A stretch of DNA of 64,000 bases from Yuukianura sp. NJ FZ-2021 (taxonomy: Eukaryota). Positions 42,461-50,905 of this stretch are shown in pieces. Numbering within the stretch: position 1 is the first letter of the stretch; each line of letters begins with the position of its first letter. The notes beneath the pieces are model-generated. The model made no database searches, was not told the origin of the DNA, and worked only from the letters and a program-made list of their open reading frames with translations. The DNA lies in the NCBI GenBank assembly GCA_046563655.1, contig CM102286.1:11222001-11286000 (forward strand), read 5' to 3'. A program made the translations under genes and the position numbers.

Positions 42461-43198
42461 TTATAATAGCGAAGCTATTATTATAAAAGTAGTTTGTCTG
42501 TCCGTCCGTCTGTCTGTCCGTCTATCCCGGAAAACATTAGAACGATTTTCTCCGGAACTATTGTACCAATTTCAACCGGGTTTCCACCAGTGACCATGTC
42601 ATGACCCGGACCTAATCACTATTGAATATGACCCCCGTGTGTCAACTCCTTCCGGGTCAAAGGTCAAGGTCAACCGGTTTTCTCCCGGTAACATGAAAAA
42701 TGACCTCTACAAAAGTTGTTCATCTCGTCGAGACCAACAACTTTTGTGTATATCACATGACCCCAAGTGACCTGCTTCCAGGTCAAAGGTCAACTTTTTT
42801 CATATTAACGTCCTGGTAGCTGGTAAGCGGAGAGGAACCCACCCCACAGCCCCGGGTGACCCACACTCACACCACCGGGGGAGCCCACGCCCCTCCCCCG
42901 GGGAACACACCCCAACGCCTCCCGGGGTGCGGAGCTAAATAGTAGGTGGAACCCATCCCCACGCCTACTGGGGTGCGGAGCAAATAAGCGGGGGGAACAC
43001 ACACCAACGCCCCCTGGGGTGCGGAGCAGAAAAGTCGGGGGAAGCCACCCACCACTCCACCGGGAGGGGGCGGGAATGAGGGGGGAACACACCCCCACTC
43101 CCCCTGGGGGGGCGGGAAAGTGGGGGGACACCCCCACCCCCCGGGGGCAACCCCTAATTTCTGAGCTATTATCATTATGGGCGGTTTACAACCGGTTT
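42461..43198 (+). mobile_element. Helentron-associated non-autonomous element (HINE/DINE-1-like)
   Basis: 5' subterminal repeat plus adjacent inverted repeat (tataatagc-gaa-gctatta). (GTCY)n microsatellite at 42496-42523. ggtcaaaggtcaa motifs. GC-rich internal tandem repeats (~42880-43150). 3' sub-TIR gctattat (43165-43172) followed by the hairpin cggtt-tac-aaccg (43182-43194) and a T-run. Confidence 0.7.
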
Positions 43199-43258
43199 AT
43201 TAGAATCCTATTCCAAGCTACAATCAAGCTCAAGTCAATAAGATTTGCTCCAGTTGCA

Positions 43259-44239
43259 ATGGCAATAGCTAACTTTTTCCTCAAAAGTTTAATTTCTATT
43301 TTCCATTCTCGCCAATTTACTGACGAACAACTGAAGAACATCTCTAAGGTCAAAGTGCAGTTTGATCATCAATTCAACAGCCAAGAACAGCTTTTACGTA
43401 GCCCTCCAACATCCTTTGGAAACCAACTTAACATCCTCATTCATGGACTAGAGCTCAGTGTAACTTCTACAAAATCAGTTTCACAGTGGATTCATCAGAA
43501 ACTGGGTATACGAATTCGAGTTAAAGCTGTGAAAGTGTTTGGGAAAATATGCACCACTTTTGTTACGCTGAAAACTTTAAAAGAAAAAGCTATACTTTTT
43601 GGTCGTGGCCACTGGCTCAAAGGCTCAAATATCGGCATTTCTGATAATCTGACTCCAGAACAACGGATTAACGGTAAGCCAACTACTTCGGTATCTAGCT
43701 TCAAGGTTGGTATCATAATCTCAGCTCCCTGCAATATGCCATGTGCTGAATTCGTAAGGAGCGATGACATCATAAGTACCCATACAAAAAATAGTGAAGC
43801 TCCTGAATGCAGATCATTGTCGCCCCACCCCCAAAAGCCGGATTTGGAGGAGGGGCAGGTTCTACTTACTGCTGCAATAACATGGGAGAGTCATCAGACA
43901 TAGCGAAAAAGGAAAAAGAAAGTCAGAAATTCTAGCCAAGCGTCTAGTCAGCAAACTTCTGAATCTGTTTCCCACGACAGAAGTCTCACCCAATCTGCAT
44001 ATACAGACACAACGAAGCCCGACGGAACCAAATCAATCAAGAAACATAACACGGCTATGGATTTGCTTTCATTGAAGGCCGCCGTAGCAGCAAATGGAAA
44101 GATGGGCTTTGTTAAACAAGCAACACGTCTCTACGGTGACGTCACTGATAATACTCTGGATGAAATCAACCGGAGCCTTAACAAAGTAAAAATGAAAGAA
44201 GCTGTTGCACTCCTAAGAGATCGCAGAAAACGATGTTAG
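43259..44239 (+). pseudogene. Decayed TE-derived ORF: LINE ORF1p-like RRM/CTD segment followed by a possible BEN-like C-terminal region
   Basis: NILIHGLE..VSQWIHQKLG..VKVFGK..FVTLKTLKEKAILF..LKGSNIGISDNLTPEQR fits the ORF1p (Transposase_22-like) pattern. ORF 44057-44239 is in the same frame after a single TAG (43901-43903). Confidence 0.5.
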
Positions 44240-44519
44240 ATAATATCTTACTTAACATTATAAATCGACCTTTGCTTCATAGTTTTGTCACAAAGTTCCA
44301 GTCTGTTATAAGTGTCACCAAGGTTAGCTGAATAACTAATTTGAAACACTGATGTTATTTGCACTACTATTTATTTTCCGCCCAAATCTTATGAGTATCA
44401 TGTAAATTAGTAATGGGTACATATAACTAGTTTATTGGCTTCTACTACTGAATTAACTGATTGGCTTCAGTAATTACCTTTCCCACACTAGCTAAAGTCT
44501 ATTTTAATATGTTTAATCA

Positions 44520-44730
44520 AAAAAAAATTTTTAATGATCTTTTTTTAGATATAAAAAAATATTTCTAATTTAGAAAAATACTTTTAAGTACAAAAATTAT
44601 TTTTTAAATACAAATACAATTTTTTTTCAATACTTTTTTTTTTCTTTTTGTAAACTCTTTTTTTATTTTAATGAAAAAATTTTTAATTATAAGATAAAAA
44701 TAATTATTAGTCGTTATTGCCCCTCCATAC
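44520..44730 (-). repeat. Right long terminal inverted repeat
   Basis: Reverse complement of 21900-22200. Confidence 0.85.
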
Positions 44731-45236
44731 TAGTATAAGGAAGTTTGTAGTTTTGTAAACATAGATTCGGGTTTCACCAATCCGCACGGTTCATATTTGT
44801 TCTCTAGTTCCTTTTTTTTAAGCTGGAGTTGTAAATTATTGTAAATGGTGCGATTGAACACATTTTTTATTCGTATTAATAAAACTTTCCAGTATAGTGA
44901 TAAAACGCTCTGGTACCAAAACGAACTTGACCTTGTGGTGCAAGTAAAAAAAAATCTTGAATAGAGTTTTAATCTATTAAGCGTGACTTATAATTATGAG
45001 TTTACGAGCAATTACTTTTGAGCTCCTAAATTAAATGCTGACTGACGCTTTGTAAATTAATGCATATAAATAGCTAATTCGATAATTGAAGGTTATTGTT
45101 TAAAAAACCGACATCACTGACAATAAAAACCAAATACTTGAGTCATTAGACGACTCAAACAAATGGTAACTCAATCCCAAGTCATAGTCTATCTTCCATA
45201 ATTTCTTCATTTCATAAGTGTATCAGCTAAGGAAAA

Positions 45237-45768
45237 ATGGTGTTCAAGGGATTGTGTGCCTTAGTACTTCTGTGCACAATAAGTTGTGCGTTGCGTCCTC
45301 CTCCTGAAAAAGGTGATCTTTAACTAAAATGTTATGAACACTGTAATAATCTGTATTTACTGAAAAAGAATTTTTAGCCTTTCCAAACTTTTATTGTAAC
45401 GTTTAATTTTGCAACCATTAATAAATTTTAAACGAAGTTGATTCACCGAAGAAATTTATTGATTTTTACCATATGACGATGTGTTGCAACGGTTTTATCT
45501 ACCTACAGATCCATGCGATACTATGGAATGTGGATTCGGTTACAGATGTGAAAAATCTGAGAAGTGTTCAAGTCACAGAGGATGTCGACAGGTAGGAAAA
45601 TGCGTCAGTACGGCTAATAAAGATAACCACGGTAAATCATCGTGTCCGTCGAACAAAGGGCGTGGTTCGACCTGTGATTGGACAGACTGCAGAGAAAGTG
45701 GATGCAGAGATGGCTTGTTATGCTGCCCCAAACCGTGCGGGGGTACATGGTGTGTCAATCCAGTTTAA
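45237..45768 (+). CDS. Small secreted cysteine-rich protein with a C-terminal WAP (four-disulfide core) domain, waprin/crustin-like, 111 aa
   Basis: Exon 1 45237-45312 (signal peptide MVFKGLCALVLLCTISCA), exon 2 45509-45768. WAP motif CPSNKGRGSTCDWTDCRESGCRDGLLCCPKPCGGTWCVNP, preceded by the 6-Cys module DPCDTMECGFGYRC..C..C..CV. TATA-like tataaa at ~45066 and AATAAA at 45859. Confidence 0.85.
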
Positions 45769-47283
45769 GTCAACCAAAAATATGGAAAAATTCGTCTTTG
45801 TAGGCTTCGTAAATGACATAGAGTAGAATTCAATGCTAAGCGAAGTCTGTTTTAATTGAATAAAGCGGACATGACACATTATAAGTTAATTATTTTTGTT
45901 TCGGCTCCGAATTTGTTTTGCGGCACACTTAAGATATAGCAACAATTAACAATTAAAATTAGATTTACTACGAATTTTCTCAGTATATACGCTACACGTA
46001 AGCTAACTTAATTCACTTCAATTACGTAACTATATTCCAATTTGAAATATCTAAGACCCTATTGCACATTTCTCTCATTTACTGGATGTTTTTTTTTGAA
46101 TTATGGGTATGCAAATGATTTGTGTCAAAAACGTTAGTATAACGTTTGTTTAAATTGGTTTTCCTGAAAAAGAATGCTAAGCAAACCTCAAACACAAAAA
46201 AAGTATGGAAGGAATAAAACAATCCGAAATTTTTTAGTACTAATCTTGTTCGTAGCATCTTGAGCCCGCGGTGTCTAGGACATGGTTGCTTAGTCATGCA
46301 ATCATTGGACTGCAACTTGCAAATGTTACTCAAAGGCTATTTTGGACACATTGTTCTCATTTTGCTTTGAGCAATAAAATGGCTTCATTGATAGCGTCAA
46401 AACAAGGATTCCTTTGTAAGTGCTTTTGTGGTGTGAAATAAACAAATTAGACAAAACTGTAATTTGGAACATCGTTTCAAATTTCAACGTCTCCTTTATC
46501 TGTTTGGTTACTCGAAATAGTTCAACCGTCTTGCACTTTAGTCAATATTACCAACTTCTGCTGAATTTTTTTTTTCGTGAGTTCAGCTAAAGGTCAACCG
46601 CAGAAGCTACGAAGTGAGACATCTTACATTTTATTACACTTTTACAGACAATGCTCAGAAACGTTAAAACCGCAAAAGCAGTCGAAGCTTATGTTCAACT
46701 TTTCATTAAGAAAGATTTTTTGTTGCTAACTTAATAACAGCCTAATAACAGCGGGAAGAAATCCAATTCTTTTTGCTCTGCACTCTCACTTGCTCTAGCA
46801 AGTTTTAGAGACTAAAAATAACTTAATGCTGATCTGAAACAAAGAACAGATCTTCAACTTTATGTATAACGACGTCCGTGCTCGAAAATCTAGTAATGTA
46901 AGGGTTGTGTTGCGGAACCCGTACTGGATTAGCTTGGCACTTCTATTGAATATCTGACAAATTATTTTAAAACAAGTTTGCATGTTTCTGAAATTTAGTT
47001 GATTCTTTTCTGATTCCCTTGATTTTCAAATAAAAACATCAAGAACGAAGTCCATTTCTTCCACTGGATATACGGCCGTGGATGAAACATCTGAAAAATG
47101 TATATCCAGTGCCACTGTTTGTTAGACTTACGCATTAAAGGAAGTACATATACAGTACGTGCAATTTTTTCTTAACAGGTTCTGGTTCCTAATTTTTTGC
47201 TGCATAAAGACTGTTTTAGAGTGAGACAAAAAAAATCAACTGTGCGACAAATGATCGCAGGGGATGTTCGAAAAGCTTTTCAG

Positions 47284-47290
47284 TATAAAA
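47284..47290 (+). promoter_or_regulatory. Putative TATA box of the Piwi gene
   Basis: TATAAAA about 80 bp upstream of the ATG at 47364. Confidence 0.4.
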
Positions 47291-47363
47291 TCACTTTCCT
47301 TCATTTCCAATACAGACGCGGAGAACAGCACACGTTTAGCCTAAAGCAAATCTACAGTAAGTA

Positions 47364-50300
47364 ATGCAGTCGCAATGCGGTATGGGACGAGGAGCCAGTA
47401 GAGGTAGAGGTCAACCGAGGTCAACGGGACGGAGGGAGCATCCGGATGACCGGAGAAGTGAAAGCGGTAACTTTTTTTATTCACCAAATGCTCAAACGAA
47501 TGTGTTTATGGTTTGCCTACTTTCTTTTCTTTTACACAGAAAGCGCCAAAAGGCAACGAGCTGCAGATGACTCATGCACCCCCTCGGGCGATCCTAAGGA
47601 CGGCCCATCAACGTCATGCGAAGAATCCAATATTTTTGAAGGACGTCCAAAACGAGCACGTCGAGGGCCTGAGGCTGTCCAGAAAGAAAAGAAAGAAAGG
47701 GAAACGCGTTCGGAAAAAGAGCGTCGATGCCTGGATCACGTTCGGACAAAAGTAGTTGGGATTTCGAAAACTGGAGAAATTGGAACGCCAGTACAAAATT
47801 TAATTGCAAACTTTTACCGCGTGAGGACTAGATATAACCCTTGGACTCTGTTCAATTTCAAAGTGGAATTTGACCCACCACAAGAGGTCACGCATGTCAA
47901 GTACTCTTTAGTCCGAGCTCAGGCGCAGAACATTGGTGGTTATGTGTTCAATGGAGAAAATTTATTTTCCCCGACTAATGTTATGGAGGTAAAATTCTAA
48001 AGAAAAAACTTCTTTTAAAAGCTTTCACAAGAATCGATTTTTTTGTACTTTTAGGAACGAGTTTTTGAGTCGAAAACGCCTGGTGGGTCAACGGTGAAGG
48101 TCACACTGAAACCCGTGGGTCAAATTGACCCAGATGACATTCAGTACCTCGTGATCTACAGTTTAATCATCAGAAATGCTTTTCGATTGTTTGGATTAAC
48201 TCAAATGGGGCGCCACTTTTACGATAGCAAAAGCATAACGAGTCTTGAACATCGTCGACTCAACATTTGGCCTGGCTTTACTACTGCCATTCGAAACTTT
48301 GATGGGGGGATTATGCTCAACTTGGACGTACGTCACAGAGTTCTTCGCCGTGAAACTTGCACAGAATTGATGGATGCCTTACGCTGGAACAAAGACTTAA
48401 TACTGAAAGAAATTGGTGGAAGTATTGTTATGACGCAGTACAACCAGCGTACTTATATGGTCCACGACATTGATTGGTCCAAGACACCGGAGAGTACTTT
48501 TGAGCATAAAAATGGCACTGAAACCACTTTTATGGCATACTACCAAGAAAAATTTGGAATTGAAATTCAAAATAGGCGCCAACCGGTGTTGGTTGTCAGG
48601 ATCAGTCGAAAAAATAAGGGGCAAAGTGAGACGATTTGTCTGATTCCGGAACTGTGTCACATGACGGGACTGTCGGAGAATCAGCGCAAAGACTTTGGGT
48701 TGATGCGAGAAGTGGCCAATGTCACTTCCATGGATCCACAACGTCGTGTCCATTTTCTCGATTCGTTTATGCAGCGACTCAATCAAAAGACGGAGGTAAA
48801 TCAAATCGAATGAAACTTCTTTTTCTTTTCTTTTTTTGAAAGTTTGAGGTGTTTTGAATTATGAGAGAATTTTTACTAGGCGACAAACTACTTGCGAAGT
48901 TGGAATATGAAAGTTGCTGATACGATGCTGGATTCTGTTCCTGGACGCCTTCTTTCAGAAAAGCTGACAATGCGTCACGGAAAAACAGACAGTCCGAGAG
49001 AATTTGAAATTCAAGATGCCGACTGGACCAACAAGTTGAAACTAGTGAGGAACAATAACGGGAATGGTAGGAGTAAAACGTATTAAGTTTATTTAAAAGT
49101 TCATAATTAGGTAATGAATATTTGCATTAACTAATTCATTTTCAGATCAAATGCAAATGTACTCTTCTGTAAATTTGCTAAATTGGGCAATTATAACTCC
49201 CAACCACGGTGGAAAAAATGCTGAGGATTTGCTTCGCGCTTTGACCACAGTTTCTAAAGGACTCAAGTTTACGTTTGCACAGCCTTCAATGCAAGCCCAA
49301 ATAAATAAAATTTAAAAAAAAATTCTATTTATTATTATAATGATTTGAAATTCGTATATTTCAGAATATCAGCTCGGCATGATCAGCGAGACATTATCCA
49401 AGGATATTTGAATGCAATACCAGAAGCGCTCGGAAAAGTTCGAAACTGTCAGCTCCTTTTCTTCATTCTTCCAAGTGACGATGCAGAAACGTATGGAAAA
49501 ATTAAGTTTCGATGCAATGTGGAGTATGGCGGTAATTACAATTTATCACGAACTATATAATATAATAATACAAAATATATTATTAGAATACAGTGTAAGA
49601 GAATACTGTTTATATTTCAGTTCGGTCTCAGTGCATGTTGGCAAAACACTTTGGAAAAGGTTCCATTGGCAAATTTTGAAATTCCTCGTATTGAATCTTG
49701 AATTTCACCGTAATTTTTATGCCTGAATTTTTTTTTCGTACAGCATCTCTGATGTCCGTTGTGACCAAGATTACCGTACAAGTCAATGCAAAACTTGGTG
49801 GGGAGCCGTGGGTGGCTAAAAATCCATACGTAGAGATGATGGTCGTGGGGTTTGAGAGCCACCGTGGTGGGAAGAAAAATAGTGTGGCAGCAATCGGGGC
49901 CATGGTGGCTACTACGAATGCTACTTTGTCGCAGTTCTATTCAACAGTCTCTGTACTACCGTCAAAGGATCAACCGACAGTGCTCTCTCAACATATTGGA
50001 CATGAATTCAAAAGTAAGGATCAAGAGAGTGTTTCAAATTTTACGGAAAATTTCATAATTTTATCTACAGTGTTTAACGCCTTGTATGTTGTTGTAGAAT
50101 GCTTGCGTGCATTTCAGACCAAAAATAATAACATCCTACCGTCTCGAATTTTCATGTATCGTGGGAGTGTCGGAGAAGGATCGCTTGAGGTAAAATTTGA
50201 AAGCAAATTCAATAAGGCAATTTTGTCAAAAAATTTCTTTGTTCTGCGTAGTACCTTTTTGGGACGGAGCTAAAGAGTATCCAGGTCAGTGCTCTGCTTC

Positions 50301-50905
50301 TAACAGTGTAACATCAAACAATAAATAAAAAACGATTGTTAACTTAATTACTAATTAATTACAATTTTAATTGATGATTTTGCGGTAGGAGAGCCTTGAT
50401 GAACTTTACGGGCAACAACTTCCAAAACTGACGTTCATCATTGTTACTAAAAAAGGAAATGCGCGTATCATGGTCCGAAACGCATCAGGAATTGAGAATC
50501 CTAAAACTGGGACAATTGTTGACGGTGTCATCACGATTCCTGAAAGGTTCTTATAACTTCAAACAAGTTTTAATTAGGCATTGGTGAAATCGGAGTAATT
50601 GAAATGGAAATTTTAAACAATTGCATAGGTTTGACTTCTTCTTGGTTTCCCAAAATGGAAGACAAGGTCAGACAGTGAGCCCAACTACATACAATGTCAT
50701 CAGTACTGGCAGGACACCAGCTCAAAATATTCAGTTGCTGACCTACAGGTTCTGTCACTTGTACTACAATTGGAGTGGAACTGTTTCCATACCATTCGTG
50801 AGTCAATATGCACATAAACTGGCATACTTGACCGGAACTGCTTACACAGGTCAGTCCCACGTCAACGTTAATGAAAACTTGGCGCATTCCCTCTACTTTC
50901 TCTAA
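47364..50905 (+). CDS. piwi: PIWI-clade Argonaute (Piwi/Aubergine-like), ~886 aa, predicted slicer-inactive
   Basis: 12 exons: 47364-47466, 47540-47988, 48055-48795, 48880-49066, 49146-49290, 49365-49531, 49621-49659, 49744-50013, 50098-50189, 50252-50284, 50389-50546, 50629-50905 (2661 nt, in frame). N-terminal RG motifs (GRGASRGRG), GEIGTPVQNLIANFY, LNIWPGFTTAIR, PAZ (IVMTQYNQRTYMVHDIDW..TFMAYYQEKFG..LIPELCHMTGL), MID (YGKIK..SQC..TKITVQVNAKLGGEPW), PIWI (..DFFLVSQ..QTVSPTTY..CHLYYNWSGTVSIP..YAHKLAYL..LYFL*). AATAAA at 50955. Confidence 0.95.

Larger units (their letters stand above)
21900..44730. mobile_element. ~22.8 kb non-autonomous TIR (foldback-like) element carrying a satellite array
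   Basis: The left end gtatggaggggcaataacgac(tttca)ctaataattatttttatcttataattaaaaatttttt.. (21900-~22200) is the reverse complement of the right end ..aaaaaatttttaattataagataaaaataattattagtcgttattgcccctccatac (~44520-44730). A TAGT direct repeat flanks both sides (21896-21899, 44731-44734). Confidence 0.8.

Noticed and set aside
42805..43175. Pro/Gly-rich ORFs on both strands, and the N-terminus of ORF 43019
   Set aside because: They come from the GC-rich internal repeats of the HINE-like element, where stop codons are scarce by composition.
50014..50097. Stop-free in-frame segment inside ORF 49698-50273 as Piwi coding sequence
   Set aside because: It has canonical gtaag/gtag boundaries, is 84 nt long, and its removal restores the normal PIWI-domain spacing. 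Treated as an intron.
48397..50887. Minus-strand ORFs overlapping Piwi (48397-48804, 49628-49903, 50570-50887)
   Set aside because: They are antisense shadows of Piwi coding exons.
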